Shown: positions 53,571 to 64,000, counted from the first letter of the stretch. The stretch is DNA of 64,000 nucleotides from Nanobdellota archaeon (GCA_021802505.1 JAJZXE010000003.1:8926-72925); one strand, 5' to 3'. Program-made: numbers and translations. Notes: generated by a model from the sequence alone, not told the origin.

Positions 53571-55369
53571 GTTTTGTATTTGTAAACGGCGTACTTTCCG
53601 GAGTGACAGATGATCCGAATAAATTGGTGAAAGAGATAATAGAAGACAGACGGGCGGGGAACATACCTAAAGAGGTAAATATAAGGTATAGGAAGGATAC
53701 TGACAGCGTGATGATAAACTCCGACGGCGGAAGACTTTTAAGGGCTCTTATAGTCGTTAAAAACGGCAAGCCGATGGTAACAAAGGAGGACGTGCAGTTG
53801 ATTAAAGAAGGCCATCTTACCTGGCAGGATCTAATAGATAAAGGTAAAATCGAATATCTCGATGCCGATGAGGAGGAACTTGCTTATACCGCTTTAAAAG
53901 AAGAGGACCTGACTACTGAGCACACCCATCTTGAGATAACTCCTCTTTCAGTGTTTGGCACGCAGGCAGCGCTGCTTCCTTTTATAAATCACAGTAACGC
54001 ACACAGAAATGTTACCGCCGTAAAAAGTGTACAGCAGGGCGTCGGTATATACACCACAAATTATCTTATAAGACATGACAACGATTCTATGATCGCAGTT
54101 GATCAGCAAACACCCATAGTGAAGACAAGGATGTATGATAATGAGGAGTTCAGATCCCATGTTTTTGGACAGAATATAGTAGTTGCCGTCCTTTCTTATC
54201 TGGGGTATAACATGGACGATGCGATAATAATAAACAAGTCCTCCGTTGAAAGAGGGCTTTTCAGGGCAATGTTTTTCAGGCCTTATAAGGTAGAAGAGAC
54301 CAAGTACGTGGGAGGGCAGAGTGATCTTATAACTATACCGGATAAGGACGTAGCCGGCTACAGATCCGAGGATTCGTATAAATATCTTGATGAGGACGGG
54401 ATAGCACAGGTAAATTCACACGTCAACAGCGGAGATGTTCTTATAGGGAGGATATCCCCTCCAAGATTCGTTTCATCAATAGATAAATTCAGGTTGGGCG
54501 TACAGAAACAGGTAGAATCCTCAATAGAATGCAGGACAGGCGAAGGCGGGATAGTAGAGAATGTTTTCGTGACTTCAACAGCTGAAGGAAACAAGTATGT
54601 TTCCCTTAAAATAAGACAGGACAGAACCGTCGAAATAGGTGATAAGTTCGGACCGAGAAGCGGTCAGAAGGGAGTCGTCGGCATGCTTTTAAATCAGGAG
54701 GATATGCCTTTTACCTATTCGGGAATTGTTCCGGATCTTATTTTTTCTCCTTATTCGATTCCTACAAGAATGTCGATGGCCTATCTGCTTGAGTTGATAG
54801 GAGGAAAGGTCGGGGCACTTGGAGGCAGGTATGTAGATGGGACTTCATTTACTGGAGAAAAAGAAGAGGATCTTAGAAAAGAACTAATGGAATACGGATT
54901 CAGGGAAAATGGCGTTGAAACGATGTATAACGGAATAACCGGAGAGGAGATGAAAGTAAGAATATTCGTTGGAGATATGACATATATACGGCTTAAGCAT
55001 TTCGTTGCAAATAAGATACAGTGGAGGGCGAGAGGCCCAATACAGCTGCTTAACAGACAGCCGACCGAGGGTAAATCCAAAAGCGGCGGACTTCGTTTGG
55101 GAGAAATGGAGAAGGACTGCTTTGTAGCTTATGGATCAGCGATGACGCTGAAGGAACGGTTTGATTCGGATAAAGTAGCCATCCCCGTGTGCACGAAATG
55201 CGGTATGGTGGTAGTTTACAACGTAAAAAAGAGAACTGGTTATTGTCCGATAGACGGGGAAGATTCGCAAATAAAGTTGATAGAAGTTTCGGCATCATTT
55301 AAGATACTTTTAGACGAGTTGAAGGCAGTAGGCATATATCCAAAAATGGTTCTGGGGAGCAAGGTATGA
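53567..55369 (+). CDS. rpoB1: DNA-directed RNA polymerase subunit B' (C-terminal half of Rpo2)
   Basis: GQKGV, LRLGEMEKDC and the C-terminal zinc ribbon CTKCG...CPIDG. Confidence 0.9.
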   Translation: MSFVFVNGVLSGVTDDPNKLVKEIIEDRRAGNIPKEVNIRYRKDTDSVMINSDGGRLLRALIVVKNGKPMVTKEDVQLIKEGHLTWQDLIDKGKIEYLDADEEELAYTALKEEDLTTEHTHLEITPLSVFGTQAALLPFINHSNAHRNVTAVKSVQQGVGIYTTNYLIRHDNDSMIAVDQQTPIVKTRMYDNEEFRSHVFGQNIVVAVLSYLGYNMDDAIIINKSSVERGLFRAMFFRPYKVEETKYVGGQSDLITIPDKDVAGYRSEDSYKYLDEDGIAQVNSHVNSGDVLIGRISPPRFVSSIDKFRLGVQKQVESSIECRTGEGGIVENVFVTSTAEGNKYVSLKIRQDRTVEIGDKFGPRSGQKGVVGMLLNQEDMPFTYSGIVPDLIFSPYSIPTRMSMAYLLELIGGKVGALGGRYVDGTSFTGEKEEDLRKELMEYGFRENGVETMYNGITGEEMKVRIFVGDMTYIRLKHFVANKIQWRARGPIQLLNRQPTEGKSKSGGLRLGEMEKDCFVAYGSAMTLKERFDSDKVAIPVCTKCGMVVVYNVKKRTGYCPIDGEDSQIKLIEVSASFKILLDELKAVGIYPKMVLGSKV

Positions 55370-57888
55370 AATTAGATTCAAATTTTGTTTTCAGCAAGAT
55401 ATCCTCCTTGGAATTTGGTATACTTTCTCCTAAAATTATACAAAAGATGAGTGCGGTTGCTATAACCTCCTCGGAATTATACGATATAGACGGTTTTCCG
55501 GTTGATGGCGGCCTGTCTGATTTAAGGATGGGCGTTACCGATCCGGGCCTGACATGCAAAACATGCGGCAATACCATCAGGGATTGTCCGGGGCATTTTG
55601 GCCACCTCGAACTTGCGAGGGCGGTGTTCAACATAAAAACGGTTCCATACGTTTATAATCTTGTAAATGCGACGTGCAATTCCTGCGGAAGGATACTCAT
55701 TTCTGATGAGCATCTTAAAAAACTTAGCGAGGATATAATATCGGCGGATATAAACGAGGGCCATAAAAAGAAGATAAAACTGATAAAGGTGTTGATAAAG
55801 CATGCAAAGAATGTTACTGTGTGCCCGTTCTGTAAGGCAAAGCAGAGAAAAGTCAAACTTGAAAAACCTTACACTTTTATGGACGGAGACCAGAAACTCA
55901 CTCCCGTAGATATATTGAATAAACTCGAAAAAATAAAGGACTCCGACCTGCAGTTCTTTGGTTTGGATCCGGATTATTCTAGACCGGAATGGATGGTTAT
56001 CTCCATACTGGCGGTTCCTCCGATAACGATAAGGCCGTCGATTACACTTGAAAACGGCCAGAGAAGCGAGGATGACCTTACACACAAATTGACCGACATC
56101 GTAAGGACTAACCAGAGACTCGCTGAGAACATAAGATCCGGTGCTCCGGAAATTATAATCGATGAACTTTGGGATCTTCTGCAGTATCATGTTACCACTT
56201 TTATATCAAACGGCTCCGCACAGGTGCCTGTTGCAAGACACAAATCCAACAAAAAACTTAAGACATTAGAAGATAGAATAAAAGGCAAAGAAGGCAGGTT
56301 CAGGGGTTCCGCACTGGGTAAACGTGTAAATTACGGCGCCAGATCCGTTATTTCGCCGGACTCTTTTCTTAGATTTGATGAAGTTGGAGTACCAATAAAA
56401 GTAGCAACTGAGATAACTTATCCCGAATCGGTTACTGATATCAATATAGACAGATTAAAACTGACAGTTAAAAATTTCAATTCATATCCCGGGGCAAATT
56501 ATGTGATAACTCCCGATGGCATAAAAAAGAAAATAACCGAAACCACTGTTGGTAATATACTTGATGAACTTAAGACGGGGTATGTAATTGAGAGACATAT
56601 AAAAGACGGAGATATAATCCTGTTCAACAGACAGCCTTCTCTGCATCGTTTATCAATAATGGGGCACAGGGTAAAGGTTCTTCCGTACAGCACGCTGGGA
56701 ATAAACCCCGCTTCGACTCTCCCATACAATGCAGATTTTGACGGCGACGAGATGAATATACACGTCTTGCAGAATGAAGAAGCTCTGGCAGAGGCAGACA
56801 TGATAATAAACATAAAGAACAACATAGTTTCACCGAGGCACGGCCTCCCGCTGATAGGAGCCGCGCAGGATTACGTTTCAGGCTGTGCGCTCCTTACCTC
56901 AAAAGAAACGGAGCTGGATAAAAATAAAGCGGAGTTTCTTCTTTCCAACATCGGCATGGTCGTTGATCTTAAGGATAAAAAGTATTCCGGAAGAGAGATA
57001 TTCAGCATGATTCTGCCCGCTGATCTTAATTTTGAAAGCAACAGCAACACATATAAGATAACGAAGGATGATGATTCGATAGTGAGAATTAAGAACGGAA
57101 AACTCGTCTCGGGAGTGATAGATTCCGCAACGATCGGAAGGGAGAGCGGCAGTCTTCTCCAGTTTTTATTTGTAAGGTACGGTTCCGATGTTACCGCCAG
57201 ATTTATAGATCAGGCGAATAAGATTGGATTGATGACACTTTTCAGCATGGGTATGAGTGTTAATATACGTGATTTTGATGTTCCGAAAGCGGCGTATACT
57301 GAAATAGAAAAAGTGGTAAAAGATGGCGAGAGGGAGGTCTCTGAGCTTTTGAAGGATTATGATGATATCGCAGAGGCAAAGATACTAAGTATAACAAACA
57401 GGATAAGAATAAAGGTGAGAAATATAATAGACGCGTATATAGAAAAGAAAAATAATAACGTTGAATCTATGATAACAACAGGGGCTAAGGGAAGCATCAC
57501 AAATCTTATACCTACAGTTGGCTTAGTAGGGCAGCAGACGCTTAGGGATGTAAGAATAAGCAACGGATTTTCTGACAGGCTTACTTCACACTTCAAGAAA
57601 GGGGATAATGGCCTGATTGCAAGAGGCTTCATAACATCAAACTACCGGGAAGGACTTAATCCTGTGGAATATTTCCTTCATTCCGCAAGTAACAGGGAAG
57701 GACTTATGGACAACGTTATTCGTACACCAATATCAGGTTATATGCAGAGGAGGCTGTCTTCTGCTTTGCAGGATCTTAAAGTCGTAGATGATCTTTCCGT
57801 CAGGCTCGGCAATTCGATAGTGCAGTTTAAATACGGAGAAGACGGATTGGATGTGTCGGCCAGCGACAGAGGTGACCTTAAATTATGA
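55366..57888 (+). CDS. rpoA1: DNA-directed RNA polymerase subunit A' (Rpo1N)
   Basis: Zinc motifs [17 protein letters not shown] and the catalytic [10 protein letters not shown]. Confidence 0.95.
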   Translation: MKLDSNFVFSKISSLEFGILSPKIIQKMSAVAITSSELYDIDGFPVDGGLSDLRMGVTDPGLTCKTCGNTIRDCPGHFGHLELARAVFNIKTVPYVYNLVNATCNSCGRILISDEHLKKLSEDIISADINEGHKKKIKLIKVLIKHAKNVTVCPFCKAKQRKVKLEKPYTFMDGDQKLTPVDILNKLEKIKDSDLQFFGLDPDYSRPEWMVISILAVPPITIRPSITLENGQRSEDDLTHKLTDIVRTNQRLAENIRSGAPEIIIDELWDLLQYHVTTFISNGSAQVPVARHKSNKKLKTLEDRIKGKEGRFRGSALGKRVNYGARSVISPDSFLRFDEVGVPIKVATEITYPESVTDINIDRLKLTVKNFNSYPGANYVITPDGIKKKITETTVGNILDELKTGYVIERHIKDGDIILFNRQPSLHRLSIMGHRVKVLPYSTLGINPASTLPYNADFDGDEMNIHVLQNEEALAEADMIINIKNNIVSPRHGLPLIGAAQDYVSGCALLTSKETELDKNKAEFLLSNIGMVVDLKDKKYSGREIFSMILPADLNFESNSNTYKITKDDDSIVRIKNGKLVSGVIDSATIGRESGSLLQFLFVRYGSDVTARFIDQANKIGLMTLFSMGMSVNIRDFDVPKAAYTEIEKVVKDGEREVSELLKDYDDIAEAKILSITNRIRIKVRNIIDAYIEKKNNNVESMITTGAKGSITNLIPTVGLVGQQTLRDVRISNGFSDRLTSHFKKGDNGLIARGFITSNYREGLNPVEYFLHSASNREGLMDNVIRTPISGYMQRRLSSALQDLKVVDDLSVRLGNSIVQFKYGEDGLDVSASDRGDLKL

Positions 57889-59015
57889 ACATGGAAATAC
57901 CCGAGAAGTATATAGTTGCTTTTAAGGCTAAGTACGGCGAGAATGCGGACATGTCAGAGCTGGAAAAGATATACACAAGATCCTTAGTTACTCCCGGGGA
58001 AGCAGTCGGGGTCATAGCCGCCCAAAGTATAGGCGAAGCAAGTACACAGCTTACTCTTAAAACGAAGCATGCGGCCGGTCTTTCGGTTATCAACACAACG
58101 ACAGGTTTGCCGAGACTGGTTGAGATATTCGATGCAAAAAAAGACATATCCACACCTTTTATGGATATTTATCTTAGGCAGGAATATGCAAAATCCAGAC
58201 AAAAGGCCAGTGAAGTCGCCAATCGGATAATAGAAATAAAAATAGGGGATGTAACCTCCTCATACACTGTTTCTTTAAGAAAAAAATCCATAGAATTTGT
58301 AATTGACAAAGAGCTATTAAAAGAGTATGGTTTTACTGTAAAAGATTTAACGGCAAAGTTATCACATATGAAGGTATCCACCGTGGTTGAAGGAGAGGTG
58401 CTTTCGGTTGTAGATAAATCTGCTGATAGTGTCAAAAAATTGATCAGGCTAAGAAATAAAATTGTAGACATAAATCTTTCGGGTGTACCCGGTGTTTCAA
58501 GGGCCATACTCAATCAGGATAAACAAGGAAACTACTGGATCAAAACCATAGGAACAAATCTTACAGAGATTCTTAAGATAGATGAAGTTGATCCTGTAAA
58601 CACAATATCAAACGATATAATAGAAGTTTCAAGGGTACTCGGGATAGAGGCTGCCAGAAACCTGATTATAGAAGAGGTCAACGGCACACTGGAGAATGTA
58701 GGATTAATCGTCGATTTAAGGCACATATTTTTAATAGCGGATGCTATGTGTTTGGACGGCAGTGTAAGGGGTATAGGCAGGTACGGACTTAGCGGGGAGG
58801 CCGATTCGGTCCTTGCGAGGGCTTCATTTGAGGTGCCGCTTAAACATCTTATCGAGGCGGGGTTATACCATGAATCAGATCCGTTTAAATACGTTGCAAA
58901 CAATATAATGTCAAACCAGGTCATACCTGTAGGAACTGGAGGAGTAGAACTGGTGGTAAAACAAAATGGAAAAGGAAATAGTGAAGAGGATTCAGGAGAA
59001 AATAAAGAGCAATAA
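57885..59015 (+). CDS. rpoA2: DNA-directed RNA polymerase subunit A'' (Rpo1C)
   Basis: [19 protein letters not shown] overlap with A'. Confidence 0.9.
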   Translation: MNMEIPEKYIVAFKAKYGENADMSELEKIYTRSLVTPGEAVGVIAAQSIGEASTQLTLKTKHAAGLSVINTTTGLPRLVEIFDAKKDISTPFMDIYLRQEYAKSRQKASEVANRIIEIKIGDVTSSYTVSLRKKSIEFVIDKELLKEYGFTVKDLTAKLSHMKVSTVVEGEVLSVVDKSADSVKKLIRLRNKIVDINLSGVPGVSRAILNQDKQGNYWIKTIGTNLTEILKIDEVDPVNTISNDIIEVSRVLGIEAARNLIIEEVNGTLENVGLIVDLRHIFLIADAMCLDGSVRGIGRYGLSGEADSVLARASFEVPLKHLIEAGLYHESDPFKYVANNIMSNQVIPVGTGGVELVVKQNGKGNSEEDSGENKEQ

Positions 59016-59223
59016 AGTTTTTATAGGCTTGAACTCAACTTTGAGGGCTTACGCCAATAATGAACTTTCTTTTGTTGTATACGCGGAGAATGCAAGCGAA
59101 GAGATGCTGACTCAAATAAACAGTTTAAACGTAGAAAAATACAAATATGAGGGAGACAGTGATGCCCTTTCAATTGCGTGCGGTAAATCATTTGGAGTGA
59201 CTATCTTAGGGATCAAAAAGTAA
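58966..59223 (+). CDS. rpl30e: 50S ribosomal protein eL30 (L30e)
   Basis: Conserved position after rpoA''. [14 protein letters not shown]...[17 protein letters not shown]. Confidence 0.75.
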   Translation: MEKEIVKRIQEKIKSNKVFIGLNSTLRAYANNELSFVVYAENASEEMLTQINSLNVEKYKYEGDSDALSIACGKSFGVTILGIKK

Positions 59224-59228
59224 AAAAT

Positions 59229-59639
59229 ATGAACATAAAATTCGACGGCGATGTAATTCTTTCAATGAACTTGTTTTCCGATGTCACGAGCGTCATACCG
59301 CGCGACTGCATAAATTTTGAGGATAGGATCATCTTTGTGGTAAATCAGGGTCAGGCCGGGCTTGCGATAGGCAAGAACGGGATGAAGATAAAGATGCTGC
59401 AGGAAATGCTCAAGAAAGATGTAATTGTGATAGAGTATTCCGATGATCCCGTTAAGCTTTTCGAGAATGTGATAAGGCCAAACAAGCTTATCTCAGGGTA
59501 TATAACCGCGGACAGGAACATGCAGGATAACAAAAAAGTTGAGGTGTCAATTGACGGAAAAATAAGCAATAATAAGATAAAGATGATAAAAATGCTGATG
59601 CAAAGGTATTTTAATATAGTTAGCATAAATATTAAATAA
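59229..59639 (+). CDS. nusA: archaeal NusA-like KH-domain protein
   Basis: GQAGLAIGKNGMKIKML (KH GxxG motif). Conserved position. Confidence 0.8.
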   Translation: MNIKFDGDVILSMNLFSDVTSVIPRDCINFEDRIIFVVNQGQAGLAIGKNGMKIKMLQEMLKKDVIVIEYSDDPVKLFENVIRPNKLISGYITADRNMQDNKKVEVSIDGKISNNKIKMIKMLMQRYFNIVSINIK

Positions 59640-59644
59640 AAACT

Positions 59645-60082
59645 ATGGGAAATAAAACACGCGGACTTTTTAATGGGAAAATGTTGCTTAAAAGGAAAGA
59701 GCGAGTGAGATTCAGCAAAAACAAGAGCAAATCTTATTTCAGCGGAAGCTGGAAAAAGAATGATCCTCTTGCAGGGTCTCCGCAGGCAAGAGGGATAGTG
59801 CTTGAGAAAGTAGAGATAACCCCGAAGAAACCGTCATCCGGAAAGAGAAAATCCTGTAAGGTACAGCTTACAAAAAATGGGAAGATAATAACCGCTTATA
59901 TACCGTGGAGTAAGGGCGTATCATTTGTTGATGAACACAACGATGTCATTGTCGAGAGGATCGGCGGTGCGCAGAAGGGTGCGAGGGGAGACCTGCCTGG
60001 CGTTAAATTCAGGATAACCAAAGTCAACGGTATTTCATTAAAAGAATTGGTAAAGGGGAGAAAGCAGAAACCGGTAAGATAA
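59645..60082 (+). CDS. rps12: 30S ribosomal protein uS12
   Basis: GSPQARGIVLEKVEITPKKPSSGKRKSCKVQL...GDLPGVKFRITKVNG. Confidence 0.95.
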   Translation: MGNKTRGLFNGKMLLKRKERVRFSKNKSKSYFSGSWKKNDPLAGSPQARGIVLEKVEITPKKPSSGKRKSCKVQLTKNGKIITAYIPWSKGVSFVDEHNDVIVERIGGAQKGARGDLPGVKFRITKVNGISLKELVKGRKQKPVR

Positions 60083-60083
60083 A

Positions 60084-60710
60084 ATGGAAGAAGAAAAAAC
60101 AGTCAACATTAAAAACGAGAAAGAGATAAAGCTCTTTGGGAAATACAGTTTTGAAGGGGTTGTTGTGAGCGATTCCGGACTTAAGAATATTATATCACTG
60201 AAACCTGTGATAGTACCAAAGACCTCTGGCAGACTGTCACAGCAGAGACTTGCGAGAGCAAGAATGAATATCGTGGAACGATTAATAAGCCATCTTATGA
60301 TACCAGGGCATAAGGGCAAGAAACATCTCAGAACAAGTAAACTTATGTCCGGAAGATTTTATACCACCTCTAATCTCGTTGAAAGGGCATTCGATAAGAT
60401 AAGCAGCAATGGTTCCAATCCGCTTCAGGTTCTTGTAAAGGCAGTGGAGAACTCTGCTCCGAGAGAGGAGGTTATGACCCTCTTAATAGGGGGGCAAAGA
60501 ATCGCAAAACAGGTGGATACCGCACCGATAAGAAGGGTCGATCTTGCGCTTCGGTGGATAGCTGAAGGTACATACCAGCTTTCCGCAACGGGCAAGAAAG
60601 CTGATGAAGCTTTGTATGAGATACTTACTCAGTCTGCAAATAATCAGGATATCGCATTTCCCATATCTAAAAGGATAGATACGGAAAGACAGGCCGCATC
60701 AAGCAGATAA
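60084..60710 (+). CDS. rps7: 30S ribosomal protein uS7
   Basis: Conserved position after uS12. The C-terminal ...ERQAASSR is typical. Confidence 0.9.
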   Translation: MEEEKTVNIKNEKEIKLFGKYSFEGVVVSDSGLKNIISLKPVIVPKTSGRLSQQRLARARMNIVERLISHLMIPGHKGKKHLRTSKLMSGRFYTTSNLVERAFDKISSNGSNPLQVLVKAVENSAPREEVMTLLIGGQRIAKQVDTAPIRRVDLALRWIAEGTYQLSATGKKADEALYEILTQSANNQDIAFPISKRIDTERQAASSR

Positions 60711-60724
60711 TGACCGCGTTTATC

Positions 60725-61474
60725 TTATTCTGAGGTTACCTTTCTAAGAAAAAGCAGGAAACCGGTGTGTAATATACCGTTACTTTCAGGACGGAGCACA
60801 TCTCTGTCTATATCTACTTTCCAGTTTACCTCATTGTTCTGTATTAGCCGTTCAACTTTCAAATTAGGCGGAAGAGACCTTACCGTCTTTTCTATCTGTA
60901 TTATCGATGGGGAGTAAGTCACTATTCTTGCGCCTATTTTAAAATTTTTTCTTATTATAGGCAGTATCTCCCATGGTTCCGGCAAATCAATTATACCGCA
61001 GTCAAAGTTTTTTTCCTTTATTCCTTTTTTCACATCCTGATTTACAAATTTTATGTTGCTGAGGTAGAAAAGATCGGCATTCTTCTTTGCCACTTTCATA
61101 AATTCTTTTCTTATTTCGTATGAGAACACCTTTACGTCTTTTGACAGGTTTGCAATCGAGCAGGCGGTTATTCCGGAGCCGCTGCCGGCATCAAAAACCT
61201 TGCTGTCGTGTTTTATTCCTAGATACATCGCTATGCTGCCGACATCCTTTAAAGTTATTATCTGCGGCAGCCTTATCACTTTTTTTATCAGATCTGGAGC
61301 AGTGGGCTCAATCACATAAAATGAATTCCCGTTGTGTGTTTTTATCTTTGAGCCGAATTTCTTGTTTTTTATGTCCTTTGATTTGAATATACCAAATTGG
61401 GTATTGCTGTCTTTTTCCGAATCCACAAAAAAAGAGTTGTTTTCATCTAGCAAAAATATTTTTCTGTTTTTCAT
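60725..61474 (-). CDS. trmI: tRNA (adenine-N1)-methyltransferase TrmI (m1A57/58)
   Basis: SAM motif DAGSGSGITA, and IIDLPEPWEILP. Confidence 0.8.
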   Translation of the reverse strand: MKNRKIFLLDENNSFFVDSEKDSNTQFGIFKSKDIKNKKFGSKIKTHNGNSFYVIEPTAPDLIKKVIRLPQIITLKDVGSIAMYLGIKHDSKVFDAGSGSGITACSIANLSKDVKVFSYEIRKEFMKVAKKNADLFYLSNIKFVNQDVKKGIKEKNFDCGIIDLPEPWEILPIIRKNFKIGARIVTYSPSIIQIEKTVRSLPPNLKVERLIQNNEVNWKVDIDRDVLRPESNGILHTGFLLFLRKVTSE

Positions 61475-62265
61475 AACTTGGTTTTTATTATGTTTACCAT
61501 ACCTCCGAAGCCCTTATTGCCTGCTATCTTATCCGCATTAGTAATTATAAATGCTATTGTTTTATACATGCTCCCGTAGCCCATCGCATTTATAAAATCT
61601 TTCCTGCCGACCGATTTTTTATCGAGAATCTGGACTATTACCTTTATGTTGTGCGGGCCGTAGGAACACAGGAACACCCCCTTCTCAATTGTTTTGGGAT
61701 CGTTGAATCCGTTCTCTAACAGTATGTTTGGATGTTCCTTATTCGATACCGCGGCGTTTTCTGCCGGAATTTTTATTAGTTTCTGTACGGTCGGCTTTTT
61801 TGCTTTTTCATCTTTTGCATTTATTATATCTTTTACACTGTCAAGGGTTAAACCCTGTTCATAAAGATAATCCACTTTTTGCCCGGTTTGGCTGTCCTGT
61901 GCTGAAACCTTCTTCATAAAATCTATTAGGTTTTGGGACAGGTACCTTTCCGAAGACGATAACGAGTCTGTGTTTACCACTTTTTTTTCTCTTATCTTCA
62001 AAACAAGCGCCTTTTCCTGGCTGGTCAGCGTCTGCATCAGCAGGTTTAGCGCTTTTTCCCGGTCTTTTTCCAGAAAGTATACGGGGGAAGAGCCGAATTT
62101 TCTGGCAGTCTTCTTTATCTCGCCCTTCGGTATAAAATAATCCGTTATTGTCTGTGTCTGCAGGGTGTCTTTTTCTATGCTTTCCGCTATTTCAAGTATG
62201 AGCGATGGGCCGGTGTTAAGCCGCCGTATTATAGCGTTATATATCTCATTTATGTCTTCCATCAA
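61471..62265 (-). CDS. hypothetical protein, probable winged-helix N-terminus
   Basis: 264-aa ORF with a 4-nt overlap with trmI. No catalytic motif recognised. Confidence 0.5.
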   Translation of the reverse strand: MMEDINEIYNAIIRRLNTGPSLILEIAESIEKDTLQTQTITDYFIPKGEIKKTARKFGSSPVYFLEKDREKALNLLMQTLTSQEKALVLKIREKKVVNTDSLSSSERYLSQNLIDFMKKVSAQDSQTGQKVDYLYEQGLTLDSVKDIINAKDEKAKKPTVQKLIKIPAENAAVSNKEHPNILLENGFNDPKTIEKGVFLCSYGPHNIKVIVQILDKKSVGRKDFINAMGYGSMYKTIAFIITNADKIAGNKGFGGMVNIIKTKL

Positions 62266-62325
62266 TAAACCTCTGTCGTATTATTATTTATATCTTGCAA
62301 ATTTTAACAAGTCCGCTGGGAATTC

Positions 62326-62351
62326 CCCTTTCATAAGATAGAAGATGAAAG
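62326..62351. other. 8-bp stem hairpin upstream of tnpB (candidate IS200/IS605 left-end structure)
   Basis: CCTTTCAT-aagatagaag-ATGAAAGG. The related ATGAAGGCGG recurs at 63637-63646, downstream of the tnpB stop. Confidence 0.4.
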
Positions 62352-62367
62352 GCGGTGAAAGATATTT

Positions 62368-63600
62368 ATGAATGAAAAGGCAAATAACAGTATGCGTAAC
62401 TACAAGTTCAGGTTATATCCAAACAAAGTCGTTGAAACGGAACTCAACAGACAATTGGATCTGTGCCGATGGGCTTATAACAGGCTTTTGGAAGAACTGA
62501 ACAAGGCAAGAGAAAACGGTGTAAAGTTGAAAAGGTACGACACTCAAAAGCTTTTGGTAAAGCTAAAGGAAGGAGAAAAGCCAGAACTCCAGAACATCTA
62601 TTCAAAGACCCTGCAGATGGTGAACGAGCAGCTGTGGAACAACATCCATACTCTGGCAGGAAGAAAGAAAAAAGGTTATAAAATCGGAAGATTGCGCTTC
62701 AAAAGCTATGACTTGTTCAAGTCAATATTCTACAATCAAAGTGGATTCGTCATAGGAAACAAGAAGATAATCCTTTCAAAAGTGGGAAAGATAAAGGCGG
62801 AGTTCCACAGAGATATCAAAGGCAGCGTAAAAGGAATAATAATCAGCAAAAGAGGAAACAAGTGGTTTGCCTCTATTCAGGTGGAAAACCCCGAGCGGGA
62901 AAGGAACCAGATAACGGTTTTCTCATACACAGAAAAGAAGAGGGTAGGGTTGGATTTAGGGATAAACAGTTTTGCAGTGGACAGTGACAACAACTTTATA
63001 GACAATCCACGCTTCCTGAACAAGACTGCAGACAAAATAGCTTCTCTGAACAGGATGTTGGCGAAGAAAAAGAAGGGTTCCAACAGAAGAAACAGAGTAA
63101 AGTTAAGACTGAATAGTGCTTACGAACACCTACAAAACCAGAGAAAGGATTTTGCTCACAAGTTATCCACAGAATACGCGAAAAACTATGGAATAATCGC
63201 TGTAGAAAAGCTGAACATCCAGGGCATGGCTAAAAGCCACAGATTTGCAAGAGGTATCTATGATGCCGCATGGTCTCAGTTCATATTCTTTTTATCCTAC
63301 AAGGCTGAAAGCGCTGGTAGGATATTTATAAAAGTACCTCCGAAGGACACCACACAGAGATGCAGTGTCTGCGGGAAGCTAAGCAAAGAACATCTGGATC
63401 TATCCGTAAGGATATTCAAATGCTCATATTGCGGAATAGAGTTAGACAGAGATTACAACGCGGCTAGAAACGTCATCATAAAAGCGTTATCTGGTAGAGA
63501 ACCTACCAGTATGCTCGCAGAGCTCAGACCTCTACTTTTGAGAAAGCAGAAGCAAGCCAAGGTATTGAAGCGAGAAGCCCCCTTCGGAAGCTCGGGGTAG
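62368..63600 (+). CDS. tnpB: TnpB (IS200/IS605-family OrfB, RuvC-like RNA-guided nuclease), no tnpA partner
   Basis: YKFRLYPN start, RuvC residues in VGLDLGIN, AVEKLNIQGM and RDYNAARNV, and the zinc ribbon CSVCG...CSYCG. Confidence 0.9.
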   Translation: MNEKANNSMRNYKFRLYPNKVVETELNRQLDLCRWAYNRLLEELNKARENGVKLKRYDTQKLLVKLKEGEKPELQNIYSKTLQMVNEQLWNNIHTLAGRKKKGYKIGRLRFKSYDLFKSIFYNQSGFVIGNKKIILSKVGKIKAEFHRDIKGSVKGIIISKRGNKWFASIQVENPERERNQITVFSYTEKKRVGLDLGINSFAVDSDNNFIDNPRFLNKTADKIASLNRMLAKKKKGSNRRNRVKLRLNSAYEHLQNQRKDFAHKLSTEYAKNYGIIAVEKLNIQGMAKSHRFARGIYDAAWSQFIFFLSYKAESAGRIFIKVPPKDTTQRCSVCGKLSKEHLDLSVRIFKCSYCGIELDRDYNAARNVIIKALSGREPTSMLAELRPLLLRKQKQAKVLKREAPFGSSG

Positions 63601-63713
63601 TTCGCTAGTATTAGATATTATGGATAGTTATGCGTAATGAAGGCGGATTATCAGGCTTATGATTTCGTCATTATAAGCTTAGTCATTAATATCACGAGGG
63701 TATTCATTACAAT

Positions 63714-64000
63714 ATGAACAGAAAAGGTCAGATATTTACAATTGATCTGTTAATCGCATTATTTGTATTTCTTCTGCTGTTTACAACGGTTCTTCTTTTT
63801 CTGTATTCGAATGCGGATATAAGCAACAGTTACTCCTCTTATTATTCACAGATAACCTCAGATTATATAAATAATCTGGCAGTTCAGGGAGCAAATTCCA
63901 TAATAGGTTCGCAGGGTTATCCGTCCGACTGGTCTTCATTGGCATGCAGCCAGATCAAACAGCTTGGAGTCATGCATGATAATATCATGGCTTCGCCAAC
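63714..64000 (+). CDS. class III signal peptide (pilin-like) protein, 5' part (runs off window)
   Basis: ATG 63714 gives MNRKG/QIFTIDLLIALFVFLLLFTTVLLFLY. The frame is open to nt 64000. Not in the ORF track. Confidence 0.7.
   Translation, partial: MNRKGQIFTIDLLIALFVFLLLFTTVLLFLYSNADISNSYSSYYSQITSDYINNLAVQGANSIIGSQGYPSDWSSLACSQIKQLGVMHDNIMASP

Overview
Archaeal chromosomal fragment, low G+C (high 30s % by eye). Archaeal hallmarks: BRE/TATA boxes about 25-35 nt upstream of start codons, two intron-containing tRNA-Leu genes, RNA polymerase with both A and B subunits split, an intein in RtcB, and a Sulfolobus/Thermoplasma-type zinc ferredoxin. Secreted proteins here are almost free of charged residues and very rich in Ser/Asn/Thr. 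Together this suggests an acidophile-associated small-genome archaeon (Thermoplasmata-like or ARMAN/DPANN-like); that lineage call is inference only. From 18 kb to 63 kb the window is mostly housekeeping: ADP-forming acetyl-CoA synthetase, LonB-RIO-MGMT, Ogg, ThiI, archease-RtcB, MMPL exporter, eS8, dCTP deaminase, ferredoxin, Rad50-Mre11, TyrRS, RNase HII, Nth, and rpoH-B''-B'-A'-A''-eL30-NusA-uS12-uS7. The striking part is 1.2-18.0 kb: one tightly coupled six-gene unit encoding 806, 268, 193, 1141, about 3000 and 192 aa proteins. Most have prepilin-like (class III) or pilin-helix N-termini, huge glycosylation-sequon-rich bodies, and no assembly ATPase, platform or peptidase nearby. I consider this a candidate undescribed surface appendage or adhesion system. 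A related pilin-signal DUF2341 gene lies in a 3.7 kb segment bracketed by 83-bp direct repeats and has a (CT)12 tract in its promoter. Another RKG/Q pilin-like gene starts at the right edge, next to a solitary TnpB. Other oddities: a Dph2 gene truncated to its first about 100 codons, an unlisted 38-codon eL41-like ORF, and a long ThyX-like pseudo-dimer. All calls come from reading the sequence and the ORF track. RNA and motif coordinates are hand-counted and may be off by 1-2 nt; I found one such discrepancy against the track near 41.3 kb.
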